DNA from: Rhodospirillaceae bacterium
Lineage (GTDB): Bacteria; Pseudomonadota; Alphaproteobacteria; Rhodospirillales; Rhodospirillaceae
Direction: 5' to 3'
Assembly (NCBI GenBank): GCA_029245025.1
Contig: JAQWQC010000008.1
Coordinates: forward strand, 44,734-108,733
Length of the DNA stretch: 64,000 nt
Position 1 is the stretch's first letter. Each line of letters begins with the position of its first letter. The notes under the pieces are model-generated. The model saw only the letters and a program-made list of their open reading frames with translations, was not told where the DNA came from and did not search any database. Both the position numbers and the translations under genes were made by a program. Shown here in pieces: positions 16,920 through 27,129 of the stretch.

Positions 16920-19289
16920 TTAGCTGCCGTCAGGCAGGACGCACCTGACCGTACGAGAGCCATCCTCTAGAATTTCCGCATCCGTTTGCCCGCCATGCAA
17001 TTCAGCAACGTGACGAACCAACGCTAACCCGGCCCAGTGTATTTCTTCATCTTGGTTCGGATTGGGTGGCCCAACCACTTCGATCGACAACGTTGCAGGT
17101 CCATCCTGCTTTTCAATTCGATTAATTTTTAGAGATGCTTTTCCACCCGGCGGGGCGCCAAGCAGGGCCCCGACAATAAGATGATAGAGCATTTGCCGGA
17201 TACGCTGGCTGTCGCCAACGATCAAATTTACGGACTCGGCGCAGGATGTTTCAATAGTCCAATTGCGCGCGGTAAACGTTTCCTGAGTAAGGCTTTTCAC
17301 TGACTCGATTGTAGCTGGTAAGTCAAGATTATCCAGTTTCAATGACTCTTTCCCTGACTCCAGGGCGGCCAGCTCACCTATGTCGTCTATCAGTTTCAAA
17401 AGACTGGCAATCGACACTGGCATGAGAGGTGTCTGCTCACCGTTATCATGAATGTCGTTGGCCAATGCAGATAAAGGCGCGCGCAATTCTTCCATAGCGT
17501 CTATAATAAATTCGCTGCGTAGCTTCTCGTTGACTGTGAGTGCTCGTGCGCGGGTTCTTCGAGCGCTCTCGGCCTTTGCTGGGTCTGAGACATCATCGTA
17601 CGAAAATAATACGCCACCGTCAGGCAAGGGTGCGGCTACGACTTCCACCACGACGCCATCGCGCCGCTCGAATCGCGCCTGGCGGGTTAGACGTTCCGAT
17701 TCTGGAGAAAGCGCACCGAGGATAAGGCTTCTGTATCCGGTTAGGGATTCGGTATCCGCGAAAAGGTCTGCGGTCATGTTCATAACATCTGTAACCGATG
17801 TCTGTTCACTAACTACTTTGCGCGGCAAATCCCATAGAGACAGGAAAGCCGGGTTGGCCAATTGCAATTGACCGTCCGCAGAGAAAACGGCGATGGCTTC
17901 ATTAAGGTTGTCGATGGTTTCTCGCTGCACGGCGATCAGAGTGTTGTATGAGCGCTCCATGGCCAGAGTATCAGTCACGTTCTCATAGGTGGTTAGGAGT
18001 CCTCCCATGGGGTGAGGGGCGACGACACGACGCAACGTAATACCATCAGGAAGATGCATGACGTCCTCAAGTGGATCGATAAGCGAGTGAAAGCGATCCA
18101 GTTCTTTCTCTTTAAATGCAGGGAAGTCAGCCACTTCCGGTAACCGGCGCTGATCGCGAAGTGCTTCAAGGACGTCTCCAAATGACGGTCCTTCAGCAAG
18201 CCATAGGGAGTCGAGATCCCAGAGTTGGGTAAATGCAGTGTTGTGGAAGGCGAGGTGTTGATCCGCACCAAATACGGCTATGGCCGTGCCAAGTCTTTCC
18301 AAGACTTCACCGTGGGAAGCTGTTTCGCGACTTAGCCTGGTCTCTAATTCTTCTTGTTGTGTGATATCGTAGGCGAACCCTGCGGTCATCAGGCCGCTGC
18401 CATCTCCAAAAAGAGAGAGTGTGCGTTCCTCATTCTCGCTCGCGTCTTCTCCATCACGATGAAGGGAAACAGGGTTTTCTGTGACTTCCATGAGGCGTCG
18501 ACTGCCGTCAATCACCATATGAAATGGTGCTGATCTCGTGATGCCCGATGCGCGCGCTGCCGCTGCTAAAGCTCTTGCTTCGCGAACGGCGGCGCGAGGA
18601 GCAATCTCCCGGCCTCGGCTCGCAACATCTCTTGCGTTGCGGGCGTCTACAGCTTTTACATATGCAGCATTGCAGTAAATTAGAGAGAGATCGTCGTCTC
18701 GCAACCACACGGGTGAGACAAGCCCATCCAAGGTGCTTTGCAAACGACCGTTGGTTTCTACAAGGTTTTCGTTTTCTTTTGTCAGGGTGTCTACGGCTGC
18801 AACACCTTCGGTGACGTCACTCATCCACAGCATATCAATAGATTGGGCATCACCGTCTGTATTTGCACGCACGCCACGGCCTTCGATGCGACGTCCTGTT
18901 GCGGCATGGTTGAGTTCTATTATGAATCCACGGCCATCGCGCCGCAGCGTGTCTACGGCATCCGACAAGCGTTGGCCCGACTCATGCTCGAAGCCGCTCA
19001 CGACATCTTCAAAGATCGCATCCGTGCCTCGGTACAGGTCCAACAGAACGGCTAGTCTTCGAGAGCATTGTCCGTCATCTCTGTCTGATTCCAACCAACC
19101 AAAATAACCGTCGGGGGACGCGTCTAACGCGGCCCAAGTGGCTGCCAGTCTGTCTTCCGAGTTGAGTAATCGGTGTTCCGCAGTGCGCCAGCCCCGATGT
19201 TGCCAGAACAATATTGCGAGGCCCGGCAATACGATTAAGACGACAGCACCGATCGCGGCCAGCCAAATAGGAGACGCAAGAATGGTCAC
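16920..19289 (-). CDS. membrane-anchored multi-PAS HisKA-type sensor kinase homolog with a degenerate H-box and ATP-binding boxes
   Basis: 789 aa with an N-terminal TM helix and several PAS-like repeats. The DHp region reads FIIDAMEELRAPLSAL, with E where the His of SHELRTPL would sit. The N and G boxes are degenerate. Confidence 0.85.
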   Translation of the reverse strand: MTILASPIWLAAIGAVVLIVLPGLAILFWQHRGWRTAEHRLLNSEDRLAATWAALDASPDGYFGWLESDRDDGQCSRRLAVLLDLYRGTDAIFEDVVSGFEHESGQRLSDAVDTLRRDGRGFIIELNHAATGRRIEGRGVRANTDGDAQSIDMLWMSDVTEGVAAVDTLTKENENLVETNGRLQSTLDGLVSPVWLRDDDLSLIYCNAAYVKAVDARNARDVASRGREIAPRAAVREARALAAAARASGITRSAPFHMVIDGSRRLMEVTENPVSLHRDGEDASENEERTLSLFGDGSGLMTAGFAYDITQQEELETRLSRETASHGEVLERLGTAIAVFGADQHLAFHNTAFTQLWDLDSLWLAEGPSFGDVLEALRDQRRLPEVADFPAFKEKELDRFHSLIDPLEDVMHLPDGITLRRVVAPHPMGGLLTTYENVTDTLAMERSYNTLIAVQRETIDNLNEAIAVFSADGQLQLANPAFLSLWDLPRKVVSEQTSVTDVMNMTADLFADTESLTGYRSLILGALSPESERLTRQARFERRDGVVVEVVAAPLPDGGVLFSYDDVSDPAKAESARRTRARALTVNEKLRSEFIIDAMEELRAPLSALANDIHDNGEQTPLMPVSIASLLKLIDDIGELAALESGKESLKLDNLDLPATIESVKSLTQETFTARNWTIETSCAESVNLIVGDSQRIRQMLYHLIVGALLGAPPGGKASLKINRIEKQDGPATLSIEVVGPPNPNQDEEIHWAGLALVRHVAELHGGQTDAEILEDGSRTVRCVLPDGS

Positions 19290-19469
19290 GCGGATCCTTC
19301 TTTCTTAAAATGCTGGGCCGTCTTATGCGATGTGGGTGCAAAGACGCTCAGAAATTCTTTTGTACAGTTCAGAATTAGACCTCTTATTTCTGACCATAAT
19401 CCAATCGCTTGATTAGGTTATATGGTATAGAGATCACCAGGAAAACCGAGGTGAAGACCTTTTACGGAT

Positions 19470-20093
19470 ATGGATCTAAAATTACAAAATGATGTCGAGC
19501 TTTGGTGGGGTACACCGGTATTTGCGCTTACTTGGCCTGAGGCTGTAGGCCTCAATGCCGATCTAAAGGCCCTAATCCTAGATCGCCGGAAGCAATCAGA
19601 GGGCGTCGTTAAAAGTAATCTAGGTGGGTGGCATTCAACGGATGATATGCTGACTTGGCCCTCACCGGCGGTGGTCACCCTAAGGAAATGGATTCTTGAG
19701 GGCTTTCGTAAAGCGACGCAGCGAACAAGTAAGGGGCAAGGATACTCAGGTGGAGTTAATATCACATGCTGGGCCAACGTAAATGGACACGGCCATGCCA
19801 ACGATACACACAATCATCCCCAGAGTGCGTGGTCAGGCGTATATTACGTTGATGTTGGAACGCCCGTTGACCTTGAGAAGTTGTCCGGCTTTATCTATTT
19901 CCAGGACCCTCGGTCTGGAGCTGGCATGTGCCAAGACCCGTTCGGCAGATTTGGCAAAGGTCGGCAATTCAATCCAATGAATGGCCAAATGCTATTTTTT
20001 CCATCGTGGTTAATTCATGGTGTTCGCGCTTACCACGGTGAAGGTGAGCGCATATCCGTAGCCTTTAACATCGCGCTCTTGGATCTCATGTAG
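19470..20093 (+). CDS. TIGR02466 / putative 2OG-Fe(II)-oxygenase-like protein, copy 1
   Basis: Pattern NLGGWHS...WANVNG...HNHP...SGVYYVD...FQDPR...FFPSWLIHGV...ISVAFN matches the family as I recall it. Confidence 0.75.
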   Translation: MDLKLQNDVELWWGTPVFALTWPEAVGLNADLKALILDRRKQSEGVVKSNLGGWHSTDDMLTWPSPAVVTLRKWILEGFRKATQRTSKGQGYSGGVNITCWANVNGHGHANDTHNHPQSAWSGVYYVDVGTPVDLEKLSGFIYFQDPRSGAGMCQDPFGRFGKGRQFNPMNGQMLFFPSWLIHGVRAYHGEGERISVAFNIALLDLM

Positions 20094-20101
20094 GGCGTAA
20101 A

Positions 20102-20776
20102 ATGGCGGATCAATCACCAAAACCAGATGCTGGCATGCAGTCGACTGATTTCACGATGGAATCAGATACATTGGTTTGGTGGACAACGCCTGTCATGCGT
20201 CGTCGATTCCCGGATTCAGAATCAGGTGAGGTAAACAAGGAACTTAAAGCGCTTATACTTAATCGCTCTAAATCACACAAAAGCGTGCAGAAAAGCAACC
20301 AAGGTGGTTGGCATTCAGATGAAGACTTTCTGTCTTGGGGTGGGCCAGCAATCGCTCAATTGCAACATTGGATTGTAGCCGCCTTTCAGACTCTCACAGA
20401 AGTCACATCCGATGGGCAGACCTATCAAGGAAAGCTTGAATTAAATGCGTGGGCCAATTTAAACCGCCAGGGAGACTACAACCTAGTCCACACCCACCCT
20501 TCGTGTGTGTGGTCAGGCGTTTACTATGTCGATGCGGGCGACCCGCCAAATGCCGATCGTCCCAAATCCGGTGCCATTGAGTTTCTGGATCCGAGAGCGG
20601 GAGCTGAAATGATGGCAATTCCAGGACTTCCCTTCGGTGACATCAAGTCATTTATCCCAGAAACAGGACAAATGATTGTCTTTCCCAGTTGGCTCAAGCA
20701 CATGGTTCACCCTTATTGGGGTGATACGGACCGCATCTCAATCGCGTTTAATATTCGAGTTCGGCCCAACCTCTAG
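20102..20776 (+). CDS. TIGR02466 / putative 2OG-Fe(II)-oxygenase-like protein, copy 2
   Basis: Paralog of the preceding ORF: NQGGWHS...WANLN...HTHP...SGVYYVD...FLDPR...VFPSWLKHMV...ISIAFN. Confidence 0.75.
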   Translation: MADQSPKPDAGMQSTDFTMESDTLVWWTTPVMRRRFPDSESGEVNKELKALILNRSKSHKSVQKSNQGGWHSDEDFLSWGGPAIAQLQHWIVAAFQTLTEVTSDGQTYQGKLELNAWANLNRQGDYNLVHTHPSCVWSGVYYVDAGDPPNADRPKSGAIEFLDPRAGAEMMAIPGLPFGDIKSFIPETGQMIVFPSWLKHMVHPYWGDTDRISIAFNIRVRPNL

Positions 20777-20782
20777 GGTTGG

Positions 20783-22075
20783 TTAGTAACGATAGGCTTC
20801 TGGCTTGAACGGTCCCTGAACATCAACGCCAATATATTCAGCCTGTTCGGTGGTCAGCTTGGTTAGCTTGGCGCCTATTTTTTCCAGGTGCAGAGCAGCC
20901 ACTTTTTCGTCTAGGTGTTTGGGAAGAACGTAAACCTGCGTTTCATATTTGTCCGCGTTGTTCCATAACTCGATTTGAGCAAGCACTTGGTTGGTAAACG
21001 AGGCGCTCATAACGAAGCTCGGGTGCCCTGTGGCGCAACCAAGATTCACTAAGCGGCCTTCCGCGAGTAGGATGATGCGCTTGCCGTCAGGAAATTCGAT
21101 TTCATCGACTTGCGGCTTGACGTTGTGCCATTTGTGATTCTTTAAGGCGTCTACCTGAATTTCCGTATCGAAGTGGCCTATGTTGCAGACAATGGCGCGG
21201 TGTTTCATGGCTCGCATATGATCAATGGTGATGACGTTCACGTTGCCCGTTGTGGTCACGAAGATATCGCCTATGGAGGCGGTATCATCCATGGTCGCCA
21301 CTTCAAACCCTTCCATAGCAGCCTGTAAGGCGCAAATAGGATCCACCTCTGTCACGATGACCCGGCACCCGGCATTCTGCATTGACGCCGCCGAGCCTTT
21401 GCCAACATCTCCGTATCCATTTACCACAGCTACCTTGCCAGCCATCATGACGTCGGTGGCGCGGCGCAGGCCGTCCACAAGACTTTCGCGACAGCCATAG
21501 ACGTTATCGAATTTAGATTTGGTAACGCTATCATTGACGTTAATGCAGGGAACCTTAAGCGTTCCTTCTTTCGCCATTTCATAGAGCCGGTGTACGCCGG
21601 TGGTTGTTTCTTCCGAAATGCCACGGACATCATCAAGTAGGGCTGGAAACTTTTCGTGCATTACCTGAGTAAGATCCCCGCCGTCATCCAGAATCATATT
21701 GGGGCGCCAACTATCTGGTCCTTCAATCGTCTGATCAATGGCCCACCAGAACTCTTCGTCACTCATACCTTTCCAAGCAAATACGGGAATGTTGGCCGCC
21801 GCAATGGCCGCCGCCGCATGGTCTTGTGTTGAGAAAATATTGCAAGAACTCCAGCGCACTTCAGCGCCCAGAGCGGTGAGTGTTTCTATTAGAACGGCTG
21901 TCTGAATTGTCATGTGAAGGCAACCAGCAATGCGCGCGCCGGTAAGCGGTTTGCTAGACCCGTACTCTTCACGCAGAGCCATCAGGCCAGGCATTTCCGT
22001 CTCTGCCATTTCGGTTTCGTGGCGACCCCATTCGGCTAGAGAAATATCTGCAACTTTGTAGTCGGTGAAACTCAT
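20783..22075 (-). CDS. ahcY: adenosylhomocysteinase
   Basis: N-terminus [13 protein letters not shown] and NAD site [11 protein letters not shown] 22075 gives the canonical start; the ORF track extends to 22138. Confidence 0.95.
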   Translation of the reverse strand: MSFTDYKVADISLAEWGRHETEMAETEMPGLMALREEYGSSKPLTGARIAGCLHMTIQTAVLIETLTALGAEVRWSSCNIFSTQDHAAAAIAAANIPVFAWKGMSDEEFWWAIDQTIEGPDSWRPNMILDDGGDLTQVMHEKFPALLDDVRGISEETTTGVHRLYEMAKEGTLKVPCINVNDSVTKSKFDNVYGCRESLVDGLRRATDVMMAGKVAVVNGYGDVGKGSAASMQNAGCRVIVTEVDPICALQAAMEGFEVATMDDTASIGDIFVTTTGNVNVITIDHMRAMKHRAIVCNIGHFDTEIQVDALKNHKWHNVKPQVDEIEFPDGKRIILLAEGRLVNLGCATGHPSFVMSASFTNQVLAQIELWNNADKYETQVYVLPKHLDEKVAALHLEKIGAKLTKLTTEQAEYIGVDVQGPFKPEAYRY

Positions 22076-22204
22076 TGAGGTGGCTCCTGAGGCAGCGCTT
22101 CTAGGGTGGATGTAAGAGGGGCGGCGCCTGCCGCCCAAGATTTGGCCCCGCGTATACCAGCCGACTCGGCTTGGGGCAAGCGATGGCCGAGAATTCTCTG
22201 TGAG

Positions 22205-23983
22205 TTACGCTTCCGCCATATCCGAAATGAATGCGTCCAGTCTCGCCGGATCAGCGTCGCTGGTTACCCGTCGGGCCCGGCCCGCGATGGCGGCTAAGTT
22301 AAGACCGCGTACACGCTTTTTGACTCGCGGAATGCTGCCAGCAGCCATAGAAAGTTCGGCAATACCTAAACCTAGTAAAAGCGGAGTGAGCCGCTCATCC
22401 CCGGCCATTTCACCGCATATGGAAACGGGGATACCCGCCGCCGCCGCCGCTTCAGCTGAAAACTGGATGAGTCTCAGAACAGCGGGGTGGAGGGGGTTGT
22501 ACAAATAGGCGACAGTCTCGTCGGTGCGGTCGATGGCAAGGGTGTATTGGGTGAGGTCATTTGTGCCGATGGCAAAGAAATCTGCTTCTGCGGCCAGGGC
22601 ATCGGCGGCAAGGGCGGCGCCAGGTATTTCTATCATCACGCCAAGCGGTGGCATGGGATCAGCGATCCGAACGCCTTTTCGTTTCAAACGTCCCGCGAGA
22701 CGATTTAACACCCGCCTTACATCTCGAACTTCATCAACGGTGCAGACCATTGGTAAGAGTATGCGGACAGGCCCATGCGCCCCGGCACGCAAAATGGCCG
22801 CTAACTGTTCCATGAAAGTTTTGCGCCGGTTCAAAGAAAACCGTATTGCTCGTAGTCCTAAAGCTGGATTTGGACCTGGTTCGAAACCCATCGCGTCACT
22901 TAGCTTATCAGCTCCGATATCGAGCGTGCGTATTGTGACGGGACGACCATCCATCCGCTTAATCACATGCCGCAGAGCGGTGAACTGTTCCTCTTCGCCC
23001 GGCAAGTCGTCGCGGTTCATGAATAAGAACTCGCTGCGTAGCAGGCCGATACCTGTCGCACCTGAGCGCAGTACGCTATCTATCTCGGTTGGTAGTTCAA
23101 TGTTGGCTTGCAGGTTGATCGCCATGCCGTCTTGAGTGACCGCAGGTACCGCGCGTAACTTGTCTAGCGACCGACGACTGCGGAGGTAGGTGGCGCGTCG
23201 TTTGCGGTATTGCGCGAGGACAGCCTCTGAGGGATTGAGAATGACCTGTCCGGCACCGCCGTCGACAATAATCGTATCGCCATTACGTGCCCACGATGTG
23301 AGTTTTGTGGCAGCGACCACGGCGGGAAGCGCCAGTGAGCGGGCCATGATAGCCGTATGACTTTCGACGCCGCCCAAGACCGTGGCTAAGCCGGCTACTT
23401 GCTTTGGATCTAGCAATGCCGTGTCGGCGGGAGACAGCTCATCGCTAACGATAACCGCGTTTCGAGGGAGGGAGGCAAAGGCTGTAGCCTGTTTTTTGCC
23501 AAGGCTGCGCACTAAGCGGTTGCCGACCTCGCGAATGTCGTCAATACGGGCGGACAAATAGCTATCGTCCATTGCTGCAAACGCATCTTCCATTTTATTG
23601 ATTTCGTTGAGGATTGCAGCTTCGGCATTAATTCTGTCGGAGGCGATGCGTTTCTCCACCCCGCGTATGAGGCGTGATCCTCTCAGCATCTGTTGATAGG
23701 CCTCAAGTAGGTATCCGAGTTCTTCGCGTGCTGCGCCGGGCAGTTTTTTCGCCTTATCTTGCAAGGCTTCGATTTCAAAATTTGCTTTACGAACAGCGAT
23801 GGCAAATCTTTGCTGTTCTCGTTTTATGCGATTGTCTGGGATTCGTACCTCGCGAACATAGACGTCATAGCGAGAGTCATGGCGATACACCGTGCCAATA
23901 GCTATCCCGCGACCGACCTCCAGGCCGTCAAACGTTTTTTGTTTTCTATCTTTTAAGTGTAGCTGCCGATTATCAGTCTTCAT
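22205..23983 (-). CDS. ptsP: phosphoenolpyruvate-protein phosphotransferase (PTS enzyme I), without an N-terminal GAF domain
   Basis: Active-site His in GGVESHTAIMARSL and Cys in CGEMAGD. ATG 23983 (MKTDNRQL...) lies ~20 aa before the GRGIAIG phospho-His domain. The ORF track extends to 24082. Confidence 0.9.
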   Translation of the reverse strand: MKTDNRQLHLKDRKQKTFDGLEVGRGIAIGTVYRHDSRYDVYVREVRIPDNRIKREQQRFAIAVRKANFEIEALQDKAKKLPGAAREELGYLLEAYQQMLRGSRLIRGVEKRIASDRINAEAAILNEINKMEDAFAAMDDSYLSARIDDIREVGNRLVRSLGKKQATAFASLPRNAVIVSDELSPADTALLDPKQVAGLATVLGGVESHTAIMARSLALPAVVAATKLTSWARNGDTIIVDGGAGQVILNPSEAVLAQYRKRRATYLRSRRSLDKLRAVPAVTQDGMAINLQANIELPTEIDSVLRSGATGIGLLRSEFLFMNRDDLPGEEEQFTALRHVIKRMDGRPVTIRTLDIGADKLSDAMGFEPGPNPALGLRAIRFSLNRRKTFMEQLAAILRAGAHGPVRILLPMVCTVDEVRDVRRVLNRLAGRLKRKGVRIADPMPPLGVMIEIPGAALAADALAAEADFFAIGTNDLTQYTLAIDRTDETVAYLYNPLHPAVLRLIQFSAEAAAAAGIPVSICGEMAGDERLTPLLLGLGIAELSMAAGSIPRVKKRVRGLNLAAIAGRARRVTSDADPARLDAFISDMAEA

Positions 23984-24266
23984 CGAATCCCACCTCGACA
24001 AGCTGGCAGATTGTATCCATCGCAACCTCAGCGTCGTCGCCGGTGGCGCGCAATGTAATTTCTGTCCCCTGAGACGCAGCAAGCATCAGCAACCCCATAA
24101 TTGAACAGCTCGAAACTTCTATGCCGCCACGCGAAACCGATACTTTGGCTTTGTATTGTTCTGCGGTCTTGCAAAATTTTGCTGCCGCCCGGGCATGCAA
24201 GCCCTTGGAATTAACGATCTTAGCTGTCCGCTGAATCGGATCTGACATAACGATTAAACGCCTCAA
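23973..24266 (-). CDS. HPr/NPr family phosphocarrier protein
   Basis: 97 aa with a His-15 region GLHARAAA and a Ser-46 region SCSIMGLLML. Confidence 0.9.
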   Translation of the reverse strand: MRRLIVMSDPIQRTAKIVNSKGLHARAAAKFCKTAEQYKAKVSVSRGGIEVSSCSIMGLLMLAASQGTEITLRATGDDAEVAMDTICQLVEVGFDED

Positions 24267-24667
24267 TCGTTTTGTGCGAGTAGGGACGATGCCACGTTGA
24301 TATATTTTCGTCCTGCCTCTTGTGCTTGAAGAACAGCATCGGATATCGACTCAGCCGAGCGAACAGACGCTAATTTAATCAGGAGCGGCAAGTTTACTCC
24401 AGCGATGACTTCTACATTTGCGTTTTCCATTATGGAAATTGCCAAGTTAGAGGGTGTGCCGCCGAACATATCCGTAAGCACGACAACGCCATTACTTGAG
24501 TCAACAGCTTCAACGGCCGCTACTATTTCAGCGCGGCGTTGCTCCATGTCATCGTCTGGTCCAATACAAATGCTCGCGGTCTGAGCTTGAGGACCTACAA
24601 CATGCTCCAGTGCGGCGAGCAGCTCTAGCGCAAGTCGCCCGTGCGTTACAAGAACCATCCCGATCAT
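24263..24667 (-). CDS. PTS EIIA component, mannose family (PtsM-like)
   Basis: 134 aa with N-terminal MIGMVLVTHG (His-10 type). Sits between hprK/rapZ and HPr as in alphaproteobacterial PTS-Ntr clusters. Confidence 0.85.
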   Translation of the reverse strand: MIGMVLVTHGRLALELLAALEHVVGPQAQTASICIGPDDDMEQRRAEIVAAVEAVDSSNGVVVLTDMFGGTPSNLAISIMENANVEVIAGVNLPLLIKLASVRSAESISDAVLQAQEAGRKYINVASSLLAQND

Positions 24668-24749
24668 GGATTAGGTGTCCGTCCGTTTGTATGCGGTTTG
24701 CCTTCGTTCGGGCTAACTCGCGTTGCAATCAATACCAGAGCGCCAATTT

Positions 24750-25631
24750 TTAAACTGCTCTAATCGCTTCAACATTAAGGTCGCGGTGCCGGAAGTCAAA
24801 TTCAATCCCAAGGCTATTAAACGACTGCGTCAATTCCTTGACCGTGTATACCGATCTGTGACGCCCGCCGGTACAGCCAATGGCTATGGTCAGATAGCTT
24901 TTACCTTCTTCGCGATAGCGCGGCAGCAGGGGTTCGATCAATTTTGTTAAATTTTCTACAAATGGTGCAAAAGCCGGATCATCTGCAATATACGCCCCTA
25001 CTCGGGCATCTAGGCCTGTTTTAGGTTGTAAAGAGTCCACATAATGTGGGTTTCTCAAAAATCTGACATCAAATACCAAGTCGGCTTCCCGTGGCACCCC
25101 ATTGCGATAACCAAATGACACAAGGTGAATGTGCATTGGCCGATCATCTTTGCCGCCAAAGGATTTTTCCAGTTGCCGCTTCAAGTCACCTGGCGTCATG
25201 CTTGATGTGTCTATGACCAGGTCAGCATCACTTTTGATAGGGGCTAGTATTTCTCGTTCGGTGCTGATTGCGCTGGCGACCGGCATATCTCCTGCAAGGG
25301 GATGAGGTCGCCTGGTTTCAGTATATCGTCGTATCAATACATCGTCGTCGCTGTCGAGATATATCAATGTTGTTTTGATAGCGGGTTGATCGCCAAGTGC
25401 ATGTAGTTGAGCTATTAGATTTCCCGCATTGAAATCCCGCGTTCGGACATCCATGCCGATGGCCAGTGGTCGGTCGGGTCCGCCACCTCGTATAACTGCT
25501 TCTAACAGCGGTATCGGCAGGTTGTCTACAGCTTCAAAGCCCAAGTCTTCCATCGCATGAAGGGCTGAGCTTTTACCAGCGCCGGACATGCCAGTAATCA
25601 CAAATAGGCGGACGGCTTTTGACTGGATCAT
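24750..25631 (-). CDS. rapZ: RNase adapter / nucleotide-binding protein RapZ (YhbJ)
   Basis: Walker A GMSGAGKSSAL and a C-terminal CTGGRHRSV motif. Confidence 0.9.
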   Translation of the reverse strand: MIQSKAVRLFVITGMSGAGKSSALHAMEDLGFEAVDNLPIPLLEAVIRGGGPDRPLAIGMDVRTRDFNAGNLIAQLHALGDQPAIKTTLIYLDSDDDVLIRRYTETRRPHPLAGDMPVASAISTEREILAPIKSDADLVIDTSSMTPGDLKRQLEKSFGGKDDRPMHIHLVSFGYRNGVPREADLVFDVRFLRNPHYVDSLQPKTGLDARVGAYIADDPAFAPFVENLTKLIEPLLPRYREEGKSYLTIAIGCTGGRHRSVYTVKELTQSFNSLGIEFDFRHRDLNVEAIRAV

Positions 25632-26083
25632 TGAGTGTCCGTTTTTGTTGTTGGATTTTCATTACCTGTCGTCGCAATCATCTGTGTGATCAACCGGATT
25701 TTAGCAGCCGCTGACGGTGTATCCGGGTCAATATCGAGACGTATAACTTTAATCCCTTCAACGACGCAGGTTTGTGTTTCAGGAAGACGGGGTATCTGTT
25801 CCTTCGGGGATAAGTCGACCACCAGTCCGATGCGGACAGGCGTTTTGTGCGCAATATTGATTATACCATAACCCCGCACTTCCATTTTTCCAGAGATGGC
25901 TTCAGGCGCGTGAGCAACGAGATGGTTTGCATCGACAGCAAGGTGGCAGTAGTCGTCAGACACAAGAGTTGCTCCGCCATCGAGTAGACGCAGCGCCAAG
26001 TCTGACTTACCGGCACCAGATGGGCCGCGAATAAGAATACCGATATCGCCGAGGGCGACGCAGGTCGCATGGGTTAGGGTCAT
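25628..26083 (-). CDS. hprK: HPr kinase/phosphorylase, short alphaproteobacterial form
   Basis: 151 aa with P-loop GPSGAGKSDLALRL and no N-terminal domain. ATGA overlap with rapZ. Confidence 0.85.
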   Translation of the reverse strand: MTLTHATCVALGDIGILIRGPSGAGKSDLALRLLDGGATLVSDDYCHLAVDANHLVAHAPEAISGKMEVRGYGIINIAHKTPVRIGLVVDLSPKEQIPRLPETQTCVVEGIKVIRLDIDPDTPSAAAKIRLITQMIATTGNENPTTKTDTQ

Positions 26084-26223
26084 AAATAGAACCGTGACTC
26101 CCCGTCACCCTTTGGTCAATGACGTGTTTTGAAAGTAGCTGAGAATAGAGAATGTTTGCCCTTGTGTGGTCACGCCTCTAAACCTTCAGTGATGAGTCAA
26201 CCGGCGCGGTAGATGAGCTAGTT

Positions 26224-27114
26224 ATGTTCTTAGAAATACTGACAGTTATTGCCCCGGTAGGGATTCTTACCACCATTGGTTTTGTCTGGGACCGCAAAGG
26301 TCTCCCGTTTGACACCAACATGGTCGCATATCTAGTGACTAACCTCGGTGCGCCCTGTCTCATTGTGTCCACGCTCTTGGCTAATAGGCCTGACCCTGAC
26401 GTTGTTTTCAGTATGGGGTTCGCAGCGCTCCTTGTTGTGGTGTCGGTTGCGCTAATTGCTGGCATTGGGTTACGCCTCAGCAGACAGCCCATCAAGGTCT
26501 ATCTTCCTGCTCTTACGTTTCCCAATTCAGGGAATATCGGCATACCACTCTGTTTGTTTGCGTTTGGGGATGAAGGTCTCATTCTTTCGGTATCCTTCTT
26601 TGCCGTTATGGCACTGACCCAATTCACGCTTGGAGTCAGTGTGGCCGCGGGCCGTCTATCGGCTAGTGCCGTCCTTGCCAATCCGGTTCTCTGGGCGGCG
26701 TTGCTTTCCATTGTGCTGTTAGTGGCGGATGCAGAGTTGCCCCGCCTGCTTAGTGGGTCCATCGCCACCCTCGCCGGCATAGTGATCCCGTTGATGCTGA
26801 TGTCTTTGGGTATTTCTCTCTCCAGATTGAAACACAGCGCTTTGATGAGAAGCACAATATATTCGGTGTTGAGGCTAGTGCTTGGTCTGGGCGCCGGCGT
26901 TTTTGCCGCCTGGCTATTAGATCTCGATGGAGTGGCGCGCGCAGCTGTGATTATCCAAACGGCCATGCCAACGGCGGTCTTCAATTATCTGTTTGCTGTG
27001 CGCTACGACAATCAACCCTCTGAGGTTGCCGGGATTGTCGTGGTTTCAACAGTACTATCATTTCTGACTTTGCCGTTGTTGTTGGTCTTTGTGCTTAGTG
27101 GCCCAGGACTATAA
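26224..27114 (+). CDS. AEC (auxin efflux carrier) family permease
   Basis: 296 aa, about 8-10 hydrophobic segments, and an N-terminus typical of AEC transporters. The family call rests on composition and pattern only. Confidence 0.7.
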   Translation: MFLEILTVIAPVGILTTIGFVWDRKGLPFDTNMVAYLVTNLGAPCLIVSTLLANRPDPDVVFSMGFAALLVVVSVALIAGIGLRLSRQPIKVYLPALTFPNSGNIGIPLCLFAFGDEGLILSVSFFAVMALTQFTLGVSVAAGRLSASAVLANPVLWAALLSIVLLVADAELPRLLSGSIATLAGIVIPLMLMSLGISLSRLKHSALMRSTIYSVLRLVLGLGAGVFAAWLLDLDGVARAAVIIQTAMPTAVFNYLFAVRYDNQPSEVAGIVVVSTVLSFLTLPLLLVFVLSGPGL

Positions 27115-27129
27115 AGCGATATGTGTACA

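Noticed and set aside
22076-22138. N-terminal extensions in the ORF track: ahcY to 22138, trpB from 1841, ptsP to 24082, hisC from 44119, GST from 46095, esterase to 55800, zf protein to 36129, s3 to 59899, MT3 to 63970.
   Set aside because: The extensions lack homology-like sequence, often overlap the neighbouring gene, and internal ATG/GTG codons with better Shine-Dalgarno spacing give canonical N-termini. The shorter starts were used.
22076-22204. SAH-riboswitch-like fragments (AGCGCUGC and CAGGAGCC) and two hairpins, including GGGCGGC-AGGC-GCCGCCC at 22119-22136, in the ptsP-ahcY spacer.
   Set aside because: The two conserved-looking fragments are separated by a single nucleotide, with no P2 hairpin between them, and the P1/pseudoknot partners are absent. 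CAGGAGCC is more simply the ahcY Shine-Dalgarno. The GC hairpin may merely terminate or stabilise the ptsP transcript. An Infernal scan with RF01057 would be decisive.
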